Positions 12,563 through 23,931 of a stretch of DNA of 52,131 nucleotides are shown here, in pieces; the stretch's first letter is position 1; every line of letters begins with the position of its first letter. This DNA comes from Octopus bimaculoides. Lineage: Eukaryota. The notes below the pieces were generated by a model. It was not told where the DNA came from. It ran no database searches and saw nothing but the letters and a program-made list of their open reading frames with translations. A program made the translations under genes and the position numbers. The stretch lies in assembly GCF_001194135.2 (NCBI RefSeq), contig NC_069004.1, positions 5,999,035 through 6,051,165 on the forward strand, read 5' to 3'.

Positions 12563-12859
12563 GGCACTCTGTCGGTTGATCTGATCAACGGAACAGCCTG
12601 CTCGTGAAATTAACGTGCAAGTGGCCGAGCACTCTACAGACACGTGTACACATAACGTAGTTTTCGATGAGATTCAGCGTGACAGAGAGTGAGAGAAAGT
12701 AGTGATGAAAGAGTACAGCCGGGTTCACCACCAACCCTTGCCAGAGCCTCGTGGAGATTTAGTTGTTTTCGCTCAGTAAACACTCACAACGCCCATTCTG
12801 GGAATCGAAATCATGATCCTACGACCGCGAGTCCGCTGCCCTAACCACTTGGCCATTGC
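12563..12859 (-). mobile_element. tRNA-derived SINE, family B
   Basis: tRNA-like head on the minus strand (GGCCAAGTGGTTAGGG...GATTTCGATTCCCAG). Tail GTTGATCTGATCAACGGAACAGCCTGCTCGTGAAATTAACGTGCAAGTGGC is shared with 14970-15279 and 20029-20310. Confidence 0.85.
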
Positions 12860-12924
12860 TCCCCCACATATGCATACATACATATACATACATACACACA
12901 TATACATGCATGCATACACATACA

Positions 12925-12972
<48 letters not shown>

Positions 12973-13029
12973 CACACACACACATATATATATACATATA
13001 TACACATATATAAATATGTGAATTTGTGT

Positions 13030-13200
13030 TTGTGTTTGTCCCTCAACATCATCTGACAACCGGTGTTGATCTGTTTAAGCCCAAATATCTTCGCTCGGGA
13101 AAGTAACTTACAGAATATTTTCAAAAAAAATTACGTGCTGGGGTCAATTTGTTCGACTAAAGCCCCTTCAATGCGGTGCTCCAGTAAAATGAAATAAATA
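13030..13200 (+). mobile_element. SINE family C 3' part
   Basis: GTTTGTCCC...TGACAACCGGTGTTG...GGGGTCAATTTGTTCGACTAAAG...GCGGTGCTCCAG is homologous to 19028-19250 and 37050-37215, and follows an (AT)/(AC) tract. Confidence 0.75.
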
Positions 13201-14969
13201 TAAAACAAAAGGTAAAAGATAAAAGTTATACTTAAAATGGAAGGTCATATAAGAAAATGTCATCCAAGGTTAACTGAATGCCAGGAAAAGGAAAAGATGA
13301 AACGGATGGTCACAGTTGGAGTGTTATTCATCAAATGCTACTCCACTAAGATTACCAGCGGCTATTCTAAACGTCTCTATATATCGCACTACTGACACAA
13401 CTAAAGCATTGATGTTCTTGTCGTGTTTTTAGCATTTAATTCAAAGCATTGCAACGCTAAACGTCTCTGCGACTTATCAGAGACGCAGCTAGTGTAAAGA
13501 AGCTTTGTTTTTTCTTTTTAGCATTCATTACTTAGCATTAAGTATTAATGTAACGTTTCTCCAATATTACTTCCCAATTATTTTTCTTTAAATTCCTGTA
13601 TATATATGTATATATATATATATATATANNNNNNNNNNNNNNNNNNNNNNNNNNNNNNNNNNNNNNNNNNNNNNNNNNNNNNNNNNNNNNNNNNNNNNNN
13701 NNNNNNNNNNNNNNNNNNNNNNNNNNNNTATGTATGTATGTATGTATGTATGTATGTATGTATGTATGTATATACAAAGTAGTATCATACATCCTAAAAT
13801 CTTGTTTATTAAAATATTACATACAACGCGTTATCCATCGGGTGAAATATAAAGTGATCGTTTACCTTAAACAACTTCTTGGTGTTCTATATCATTCCAT
13901 GTAGTTGGCTTGGATTATATATATAGATTATACTAGAGTACTTGTAGGGTCCCTTCTCAGATCTAATATCCCTATTCCTTCCCATCTTATGGCTCTTTTT
14001 CACAACCACATCGTTCCGGGTAGGAAGTAGGTGTCAGATGAAGAGAGGAGAGGAGGGGACTCAGAGGAAAAGGGGGAATTGAGCCCATGTGGCGCAAATG
14101 AGCGAGGAGAGAAGATTAATTCCTATTCACAGCGAAGGCGGGAGTCCAGATGGCTCCTGTGCAAAGACAATCCCAACACAGACAGCTGTTATAATGATTT
14201 CACTCTGATTTTTCACACAGACATGCATATATATACATACATATATGTACATACATACATACATACATAATACATACATACATACATAATACATACATAC
14301 ATACATACATATATACACATAGAAATAATCGCAAACTGCTCGTGCAAAGGTGTTCCCGGACTTGTTCTAAAACTAGTAAAAAAGAAAAAGAAAAGAAAAA
14401 AATGGCGTCGGCGTCGGCTGAGGCAGAACTATTTTAAAACACGACGTGTCTGATTTAAATTGCAAGGAATTAATAAATCTGTTTTTAAAAAGTTCTGTTC
14501 CATTTTGGACGTAGTCGTATATACAAATTGACAGGAAATATATTCATCAAAGAACCATTAAGAACTTTCTATCGGCTTCGCTTTGGAAGAATTCATTGCT
14601 GTCTTGACTTCTAGTTTATTATTTTGAATTGCTTGTGTCTTGGATTTCTTCAGTTCTTGGCGCCAATATTTCTTCACGTTTGGAGAAGCATCGAGAGATT
14701 CTGCGTAGTCAGTAATTCAAACTGCTAGATGTAGAGTTTAAATAACCATCATATGAAATCTAATGTTTGTAAAACGATTTCCTGACTCATAATATGGCGC
14801 AGTGTCAGGTACGAGATTTACAAATAAAGACAAAATATTCAGCACGACAAACGGAATTGTCACGGATGGAACGACCCGTGTACAGTCGAAGATAATTTTG
14901 TGGATAACAACAAAAAGAACAGGAGCAGCGGTAGTAGCAGCAAGGGCTACAATAATAACAACCAAAAAT

Positions 14970-15279
14970 GGCACTTCGTCGGTAACGACGACGAGCGTTC
15001 TAGTTGATCCGATCAACGGAACAGCCGCCTCGTGAAATTAACGAGCAAGTGGCTGAGCTCACCGCAGACATGTGTACCCTCTAGGAGACTCAGCGTGATA
15101 CAGAGTGTGACAAGGGTGACCCCTTTGAATTACAAATGTTACTCATTTATGTCAACTGAGTGGACTGAAGCAAAGTGAAATAAAGTGTCTTGATCAAGGA
15201 CACAACTCTTTGTCGGGAATTGAACTCACAACTTTGCGATCGTGAGTCGAATGCCCTAACCACTAAGCTACGCGCCTTC
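14970..15279 (-). mobile_element. tRNA-derived SINE, family B, near full length
   Basis: Minus strand reads GAAGGCGCGTAGCTTAGTGGTTAGGG (A-box), GAGTTCAATTCCCG (B-box), GTTGTGTCCTTGATCAAGACACTT (CORE/Meta-like central domain), then the shared tail. Confidence 0.9.
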
Positions 15280-15355
15280 GCAATATATTTATTGCGCATG
15301 TCCTTACGTTCGTTGCTTTCTTCTTTCTTTTTTTTTCTACCCGCTTATTTGAATT

Positions 15356-15387
<32 letters not shown>

Positions 15388-15904
15388 NNNNNNNNNNNNN
15401 NNNNNNNNNNNNNNNNNNNNNNNNNNNNNNNNNNNNNNNNNNNNNNNNNNNNNNNNNNNNNNNNNNNNNNNNNNNNNNNNNNNNNNNNNNNNNNNNNNNN
15501 NNNNNNNNNNNNNNNNNNNNNNNNNNNNNNNNNNNNNNNNNNNNNNNNNNNNNNNNNNNNNNNNNNNNNNNNNNNNNNNNNNNNNNNNNNNNNNNNNNNN
15601 NNNNNNNNNNNNNNNNNNNNNNNNNNNNNNNNNNNNNNNNNNNNNNNNNNNNNNNNNNNNNNNNNNNNNNNNNNNNNNNNNNNNNNNNNNNNNNNNNNNN
15701 NNNNNNNNNNNNNNNNNNNNNNNNNNNNNNNNNNNNNNNNNNNNNNNNNNNNNNNNNNNNNNNNNNNNNNNNNNNNNNNNNNNNNNNNNNNNNNNNNNNN
15801 NNNNNNNNNNNNNNNNNNNNNNNNNNNNNNNNNNNNNNNNNNNNNNNNNNNNNNNNNNNNNNNNNNNNNNNNNNNNNNNNNNNNNNNNNNNNNNNNNNNN
15901 NNNN

Positions 15905-15961
<57 letters not shown>

Positions 15962-16508
15962 GCATATATATACATACATATACATACATACGTACATACA
16001 TATATACATGTGTGTGTGTGTGTTTGTGTACATTTACATATGAATGTATATGTGTCACTCTCTATTCTACGAGCATACACACACACACAGACACAAAAAC
16101 AGATATATACTGTGTGTATATGTGTACACACATACGTTTGTGGGCGAGCATGTTTCAGTATCTATGGGTTTAAATGAGAATTTTATGAGGAATATAAAAG
16201 TAGTTGAAAATATGGTGGTTTCTAAAAATCCATTTGAATTAGAAATTTTATGATGATGATTCTTTTCGGAATAGATTCTTTTGGAATGAAACGGAAAATT
16301 ACAGAAGAAATAAATTTACAAAAAAATAGAAAAAAAAATTGAAATAAATTAGAAACTTACTCCAAGCAGACACACAATTGTCACAAAAATGGATGAGAAA
16401 AGGAGAATAAGTGGTCTTATAAATATTTTTCATTTCCATACACAAAGACACATGCACAGTCTCTCTCAAGTCCTCTACCTCACTCTTTTCATATGTGTGT
16501 GTGTGTGT

Positions 16509-16574
<66 letters not shown>

Positions 16575-17335
16575 NNNNNNNNNNNNNNNNNNNNNNNNNN
16601 NNNNNNNNNNNNNNNNNNNNNNNNNNNNNNNNNNNNNNNNNNNNNNNNNNNNNNNNNNNNNNNNNNNNNNNNNNNNNNNNNNNNNNNNNNNNNNNNNNNN
16701 NNNNNNNNNNNNNNNNNNNNNNNNNNNNNNNNNNNNNNNNNNNNNNNNNNNNNNNNNNNNNNNNNNNNNNNNNNNNNNNNNNNNNNNNNNNNNNNNNNNN
16801 NNNNNNNNNNNNNNNNNNNNNNNNNNNNNNNNNNNNNNNNNNNNNNNNNNNNNNNNNNNNNNNNNNNNNNNNNNNNNNNNNNNNNNNNNNNNNNNNNNNN
16901 NNNNNNNNNNNNNNNNNNNNNNNNNNNNNNNNNNNNNNNNNNNNNNNNNNNNNNNNNNNNNNNNNNNNNNNNNNNNNNNNNNNNNNNNNNNNNNNNNNNN
17001 NNNNNNNNNNNNNNNNNNNNNNNNNNNNNNNNNNNNNNNNNNNNNNNNNNNNNNNNNNNNNNNNNNNNNNNNNNNNNNNNNNNNNNNNNNNNNNNNNNNN
17101 NNNNNNNNNNNNNNNNNNNNNNNNNNNNNNNNNNNNNNNNNNNNNNNNNNNNNNNNNNNNNNNNNNNNNNNNNNNNNNNNNNNNNNNNNNNNNNNNNNNN
17201 NNNNNNNNNNNNNNNNNNNNNNNNNNNNNNNNNNNNNNNNNNNNNNNNNNNNNNNNNNNNNNNNNNNNNNNNNNNNNNNNNNNNNNNNNNNNNNNNNNNN
17301 NNNNNNNNNNNNNNNNNNNNNNNNNNNNNNNNNNN

Positions 17336-17378
<43 letters not shown>

Positions 17379-17387
17379 ACTAGATGA

Positions 17388-17822
17388 AACAACAACACGA
17401 GGATGTGGTACATGTAAAAGTATTAACAGACGCTCAGGGAAAGAAACTAAGGTAGTTTTACGTTTCGAGCAAAGCTCTTCTTCAGAAACAGGGGATACAA
17501 AAGGAAAAGAGAAAGAGGAAAAGGAGGGATAGTGGAAGAAGAACAGAAGATAGGTCGAGTGAAGACGAGTTAAAGAGGAAGAGTCACGGAGAAATTATAA
17601 TGTTTCAAAATGAAGGTGCAGAAATGGCGTATTCTGAATGAACATGGTCATGTAATCCGATAGTAGAAAGAATACCGCGAATTAGGTACTCCAAAGTCAA
17701 TCGGAAAGACGGGGGTCCGTGTAAGCGTGCGGTGAATAGTTAATCCCCTCAAAAAACGAAGAAAAATCACAAGAGAAAAACAACGCGAGGACGTGCTACA
17801 TCTAAAGTATTAACAGATGCTC
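17388..17822 (-). mobile_element. Non-coding ~388-nt repeat unit with a terminal direct repeat and hammerhead ribozyme (Penelope pLTR-derived or retrozyme-like)
   Basis: AACAACACGAGGATGTGGTACATGTAAAAGTATTAACAGACGCTC (~17391-17435) recurs as AACAACGCGAGGACGTGCTACATCTAAAGTATTAACAGATGCTC (~17779-17822). A hammerhead lies at 17455-17489. No recognisable ORF. Confidence 0.7.
17455..17489 (-). ncRNA. Minimal type I hammerhead ribozyme motif (intact core)
   Basis: Minus strand GUUU-CUGAAGA-A-GAGC(UUU)GCUC-GAAAC-GUA|AAAC. Helix I GUUU/AAAC, helix II GAGC/GCUC, full CUGANGA and GAAA core, GUA triplet, palindromic ACGU in place of helix III. Predicted cleavage between 17459 and 17458. Confidence 0.75.
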
Positions 17823-18208
17823 ATATATATATATATATATATANNNNNNNNNNNNNNNNNNNNNNNNNNNNNNNNNNNNNNNNNNNNNNNNNNNNNNNNN
17901 NNNNNNNNNNNNNNNNNNNNNNNNNNNNNNNNNNNNNNNNNNNNNNNNNNNNNNNNNNNNNNNNNNNNNNNNNNNNNNNNNNNNNNNNNNNNNNNNNNNN
18001 NNNNNNNNNNNNNNNNNNNNNNNNNNNNNNNNNNNNNNNNNNNNNNNNNNNNNNNNNNNNNNNNNNNNNNNNNNNNNNNNNNNNNNNNNNNNNNNNNNNN
18101 NNNNNNNNNNNNNNNNNNNNNNNNNNNNNNNNNNNNNNNNNNNNNNNNNNNNNNNNNNNNNNNNNNNNNNNNNNNNNNNNNNNNNNNNNNNNNNNNNNNN
18201 NNNNNNNN

Positions 18209-18252
<44 letters not shown>

Positions 18253-18829
18253 TGTGTACACACATATTGGCGTATGTCTGTATCTGTTGTTCTTTAAATA
18301 TCCATTCACTCACCTAAATATTTGTACTTCATACAATTTCAACACGCACTATCTGTGATTTTTTTTCCCGTTTATTGTCATAAACACTTCCCGTTCCCTA
18401 ACATAAATCATTGCAAACACAACAGCCACGCCACGACCACCAGCAACAACAACAACAACAGCATCAGTTGCTCCAAAGACAATTATATTACATTATAATG
18501 TTTTAAAGTACCTTTAGTTCTATTTAGGTTTTATGCGGTTAGATAAATTACGTCAAATTTTCTAATTAGATGTCAACTTGTTCGTATCTAAGTGATTATT
18601 GTGAACATTTGTCACACCGTTTGGAAATTAATGGCAACTGTCTCGCTCACTATTTATATTTGTTGATATTAGGAGAATATATATCCAGCTGCATGTCTTA
18701 ATTCCTGCTTCTCAACGTAGTAGCATAACCACTGTAACAAATTCACGAGTTTTGTATGTATATTTGATGAATATATATGTTCATATCTCTCTGTCTGTCT
18801 ATCTATCTACCTGTCTGTCTATCGATCAG

Positions 18830-18940
<111 letters not shown>

Positions 18941-19027
18941 GTGTGTCTCTGCCTGTCTGTCTCTGCCTGTCTGTCTGTCTATCTATATGCATGTATGTAT
19001 GTCTGTATGTATGTAAGTGTTTGTGTC

Positions 19028-19250
19028 TGTGTTTATGCCCCCCACCCCGCCATTACTTGACAACCGATGTTGGTGAGTTTAAGTGCCCATAACTTAGCGG
19101 TTCGGCATACGAAATCGAATAGAATAAGTACTAGGCATACAAACAATAAGTCCTGTGGTCGATATCTTCCACTAAAACCCTTTAAGTCGGTGCTCCAGCA
19201 TGGCTGCAGTCCGATGACCGAAACACGCAAAAGAATAAAAAAATGCGAAT
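19028..19250 (+). mobile_element. SINE family C 3' part
   Basis: TTGACAACCGATGTTGGTG...AACTTAGCGGTTCGGC...GAATAAGTACTAGGC...GGTGCTCCAGCATGGCTGCAGTC...GAAACACGCAAAAGAATAAAA, preceded by a TCTA/TG microsatellite. Confidence 0.85.
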
Positions 19251-19681
19251 ACTGAACGTGGCACTTTCTGATTGTTAAGCAAACCTTGTAACCATTGAGT
19301 GTTGTCTTCTATGTACGCACATAGTATGTTAAATTCCATTCCAAGGTTGCGGAGGAATATAGTTACTGAACATGGACTGACCGTTCATATACAAATGACA
19401 ATTAACATAGTTGGACTGGGGGGTGGCGAAACACTTGATTACGAAGTGGACACACTTCGAGAATATTGTGAATAAATTTGTAAATTCTTCTTAATGAAAT
19501 TATTATTCATATCTAAATGTTGCTTTCACCAACGGCATTTCAAATGTACTTTTGCTTAGTCATTGTGGGCTTACTAAACAAAGAACAAGAGGTCAAGTGC
19601 AGGAATTTCAACGACAGCATTAGGTGTTGCATGTTGAGCATTAGAAAAGGGCACATATTTACTGTTCAGTTTCCGGATTGC

Positions 19682-19729
<48 letters not shown>

Positions 19730-20028
19730 NNNNNNNNNNNNNNNNNNNNNNNNNNNNNNNNNNNNNNNNNNNNNNNNNNNNNNNNNNNNNNNNNNNNNNN
19801 NNNNNNNNNNNNNNNNNNNNNNNNNNNNNNNNNNNNNNNNNNNNNNNNNNNNNNNNNNNNNNNNNNNNNNNNNNNNNNNNNNNNNNNNNNNNNNNNNNNN
19901 NNNNNNNNNNNNNNNNNNNNNNNNNNNNNNNNNNNNNNNNNNNNNNNNNNNNNNNNNNNNNNNNNNNNNNNNNNNNNNNNNNNNNNNNNNNNNNNNNNNN
20001 NNNNNNNNNNNNNNNNNNNNNNNNNNNN

Positions 20029-20310
20029 GAAAACACCTAAAGTTCCACGAGGCTCCGACAGGGGATGGTGGCGAACCCTCCTGTACTCTGTCACTCCAAC
20101 TATCTCTCACTCTTACTTCCTGTTTCTGTTGTGCCTGTAATTCAAAGGTTCAGCCTTGTCACACTGTGTCACGCTGAATATCCCCGAGAACTACGTTAAG
20201 GGTACACGCGTCTGTGGAGTGTTCAGCCACTTGCACGTTAATTTCACGAGCAGGCTGTTCCGTTGATCGGACCAACTGGAACCCTCGACTTCGTAAGCGA
20301 CGGAGTGCCA
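20029..20310 (+). mobile_element. SINE family B 3' part (head lost in gap)
   Basis: Reverse complement of the tails at 12563 and 14970 (CACTTGCACGTTAATTTCACGAGCAGGCTGTTCCGTTGATCGG...GGAGTGCCA). Confidence 0.85.
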
Positions 20311-20340
20311 ACAAATATATGTGTGTATGCATGCATGTGT

Positions 20341-20454
20341 GAAGGCGCATGGCTCTGTGGTAAGAGTGTCGAGCTTACGATTGTGAGGTTGTGTGTTCGA
20401 TTCCCGGACCGGGCTGCGTGTTGTGTTCTTGAGCAAGACACTTCATTTCACGTG
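20341..20454 (+). mobile_element. SINE family B head plus central domain
   Basis: GAAGGCGCATGGCTCTGTGGTAAGAG...GTTCGATTCCCGG...GTTGTGTTCTTGAGCAAGACACTTCATTTCACG. Confidence 0.85.
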
Positions 20455-20746
20455 AATGCTTGGCAGATAGATCGAGTGGCAGTAGTAATGGTTCAACCTA
20501 CGACCGCTTCGCAGAAGCTCTGACATTGATGAACGAAAGGGATGGATTCGTCCGCTGACCATAGAGTTAATATCTGCAACAAAATGGACATTGCAATAAT
20601 CAATAAAGCACCATGTGTGAGCTGTTAAAACATGGTGATATATTATATCGTTGAAATCTATAGAAAAAAAAACAAAAGACGAATACAGGGGTATGAACAA
20701 CAAGCAAGTGTATTAGTTTAACGCTCGGGAAAAATGAAAAAAAGAT

Positions 20747-20782
20747 CTTTTATGTTTTGAGCCTACGCTCTTCAACAGAAAG
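20747..20782 (-). ncRNA. Degenerate hammerhead ribozyme motif in a Penelope-related repeat
   Basis: Minus strand CUUU-CUGUUGA-A-GAGC(GUAG)GCUC-AAAAC-AUA|AAAG. Helices I and II are intact; the core deviates at A6, G12 and 16.2. It shares the neighbouring ACGCTC(A/G)GG motif with the 17.4-kb element. Confidence 0.55.
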
Positions 20783-21727
20783 GAATAAGAAAATATAAAC
20801 AGAGAGAGAATGGCAAAAATGTGAAGAGTTCAACGATCCAGAAGCACAGGGTTGCTCCTCTTACAGTATTCTCCACAGTTCCCGTCTATTCGTTTCATTC
20901 ATAACGTTTTGGTTGACACAAAGAGGTGGTAGAAGACACTTATGTAACGTGCTGCGCAATGAAGTCGAACCGGAAGCTACATAGTTGGGTAGTTGTTTGG
21001 AAAACTTCTTTAACAATAGAGCAATTTCTCCGCACACTTCAATGTAGAATCAATCAAATCGTCGGTCTTTTATGTCACATGAAACATTCAAACATTCAAC
21101 CATTCAGCGTGTGCGTGTATGTATGTATGTATGTATGCCTATATATATATGTATATATATATATNNNNNNNNNNNNNNNNNNNNNNNNNNNNNNNNNNNN
21201 NNNNNNNNNNNNNNNNNNNNNNNNNNNNNNNNNNNNNNNNNNNNNNNNNNNNNNNNNNNNNNNNNNNNNNNNNNNNNNNNNNNNNNNNNNNNNNNNNNNN
21301 NNNNNNNNNNNNNNNNNNNNNNNNNNNNNNNNNNNNNNNNNNNNNNNNNNNNNNNNNNNNNNNNNNNNNNNNNNNNNNNNNNNNNNNNNNNNNNNNNNNN
21401 NNNNNNNNNNNNNNNNNNNNNNNNNNNNNNNNNNNNNNNNNNNNNNNNNNNNNNNNNNNNNNNNNNNNNNNNNNNNNNNNNNNNNNNNNNNNNNNNNNNN
21501 NNNNNNNNNNNNNNNNNNNNNNNNNNNNNNNNNNNNNNNNNNNNNNNNNNNNNNNNNNNNNNNNNNNNNNNNNNNNNNNNNNNNNNNNNNNNNNNNNNNN
21601 NNNNNNNNNNNNNNNNNNNNNNNNNNNNNNNNNNNNNNNNNNNNNNNNNNNNNNNNNNNNNNNNNNNNNNNNNNNNNNNNNNNNNNNNNNNNNNNNNNNN
21701 NNNNNNNNNNNNNNNNNNNNNNNNNNN

Positions 21728-21772
<45 letters not shown>

Positions 21773-23384
21773 AGCTTCTCTACGTATGGGTGTATGTATA
21801 TCTGTACGATAACAACAATAACAAGACCATGCGCCAAAAACACAAGGAGAACCGCAACGAACACGTGCTACTGGCCAGCCTAGCGGACATTTTACACATT
21901 AACAATTGCTGTCAGCTATTGATTTCTGTTAGGTTTATTTTTCTGCTTTTCCTAACATCTCTTTTGACCATTAAATTCATTGGGTTGGCTGCAGCGATGG
22001 AAACTTTTGAGTCGGAATGTCTTCCTCGTAAACCGAATGGAAAAGCAAAAACTGCCTGTTTCGTTTTAATATTTGATTTGCAAGAATCTTGATGTAATAC
22101 GTGTATTGAAACAGATTTTGTTGCATAACGGGAAGGTCATTATGCCAATATTATACACACGCTCTGGTACTATTTCACGTCCTGTATTATTGTTATAATT
22201 ATTTGTTAACTAGTTTTAACCATTTAATCAATTAACTAATCGGTTATCTTTTAACTTTTACTTATTTCAGTCGTTAGACAACGACCATGCTGCAAGCGAT
22301 TAGGGGTCTTTTAGGGTTTCACGTTACCCTTATGTGTAACGACTAGTTATATCAACGTAATTTTCCTCTTTGTATTTCTATAACGTAATGGTGCTAACTG
22401 TATCTCCCAGTCTTCCATTCTTCCGATTACTTAAAAGCATGTTCTTCAGTGCATCGGGGGGAAAAAATTTATAGAATTAATGGCAATATAATGAATTCAT
22501 GAATATGAAAAAGAAAAAAAATCTAAAAAACTATATAGCTTTATCATCATATTAATGGGTAAGAATTACGTGCATGCTATTTCAGGCCTAAAAATGGGGT
22601 TATTTGGGTGAGGCATATGCCATGCAATATACAAACGGAAGGAAGTCGAGACAGACACTATATAATTTTATAATTTCAACCTTATATTATTATAGCACAG
22701 GAATACATACACACACTCTTGCGCGTGCACACACAGACACACACAAGAACATGCACATACACATAAGCACNNNNNNNNNNATATGCGTGTGTGTCCATAA
22801 AAGCTTATAACGATGCTCACATAGACATATATGTCTATATATTCACGTATATACTAAGGAATATATTCTAGTATACATACACCAAACTAAAACATCATAA
22901 ATATTTAGCTAAGTACTCCCTAATGTAATTCTGTAAAGGTCATATAATATAACTCAGTCTGATGGATCAGTTGGCTTCTCTCCAAGTCACATCAAATCTC
23001 TCAAAATCTTTTCAGTTCCACAGGCATGATGTCTGAATTATATATCTCACCCTCCTACACAAAAATACGAGCACACACGCAAACAAAAAGACGCTAACAT
23101 ACAAACACACACAAACGCACAGAGAAAAAAATCACACATACACACACAAACAAACATATGCACATATATTTATACATATCTACATTTATAAATTCGTATG
23201 TGTGTGTATACATATATATAAACATGTATACACACACACACGCACATATATATATATGCACAAATACGTATGCATGTATATAAATAAATATATATACATA
23301 CATGCAGCTTGCTTTCTATATCTCCCATTGTCTACCTTTATATATACATATATACATGCATATATATATAAATATATATATATA

Positions 23385-23435
<51 letters not shown>

Positions 23436-23547
23436 GTGTGCCTGTGTCCCAGCGTGTACGACAGTATGAATACAGAACTGTAAAGTATGCACTTTTTATT
23501 GCCTATTTAATGCGAGCTCATTTTTTATCTTCACTATACATCCATAC

Positions 23548-23578
<31 letters not shown>

Positions 23579-23640
23579 AACATAAGAATAATAATAATAA
23601 TCATAATAATAATGATAATAACAACAACAACATCGAAAAG

Positions 23641-23808
23641 TACCATAAGAATGAGAACCCAGGTTCGAAATTTCCCCCAAAGCATCTGATGAAAGCTGGA
23701 GGGTATATCAGCCGAAACGTTGTGTTAACAACAATCAAGATGAGGGAAAATATCCGTCAAATGTAAATAATAAAAATAATTTCTCATCTCTTAAATATAA
23801 AACTGTAA
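23641..23808 (+). mobile_element. Penelope-like element terminal (pLTR) fragment carrying a hammerhead motif
   Basis: The CTGATGA...CCGAAACGTTG signature typical of PLE termini, followed by an AT-rich tail. No ORF. Confidence 0.65.
23681..23726 (+). ncRNA. Minimal type I hammerhead ribozyme motif (near intact)
   Basis: AGCAU-CUGAUGA-A-A-GCUGG(AGGGUAUA)UCAGC-C-GAAAC-GUU|GUGUU. Helix I is 5 bp with two G.U pairs, helix II is GCUGG/UCAGC with an A.C mismatch at 10.1-11.1, and palindromic AACGUU stands in for helix III. Confidence 0.65.
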
Positions 23809-23811
23809 GTA

Positions 23812-23931
23812 AACTGGAGCAACGTGAAAATAAAGTGTTTTGCCCCAGAACACACCACACAGTCCGGTCCGGGAATCGAACTCACTTCCTCATGATTGTT
23901 AACCCGACGCTCTAACCACTGGACCATGTGC
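23812..23931 (-). mobile_element. SINE family B head plus central domain
   Basis: Minus strand GGCACATGGTCCAGTGGTTAGAG...GAGTTCGATTCCCGGACCGG...GTGTTCTGGGGCAAAACACTTTATTTTCACGTTGCTCCAG. Confidence 0.8.

Noticed and set aside
13462-13485. 8-bp hairpin CGTCTCTG/CAGAGACG; the minus strand resembles a hammerhead (CUGAUAA...GAGAC-GUU)
   Set aside because: G8 and A14 equivalents are wrong, and no helix II is compatible with the core.
14558-14716. 52-codon minus-strand frame ITDYAESLDASPNVKKYWRQELKKSKTQAIQNNKLEVKTAMNSSKAKPIESS*
   Set aside because: Protein-like composition, but no good acceptor, no recognisable family, and a length within chance expectation.
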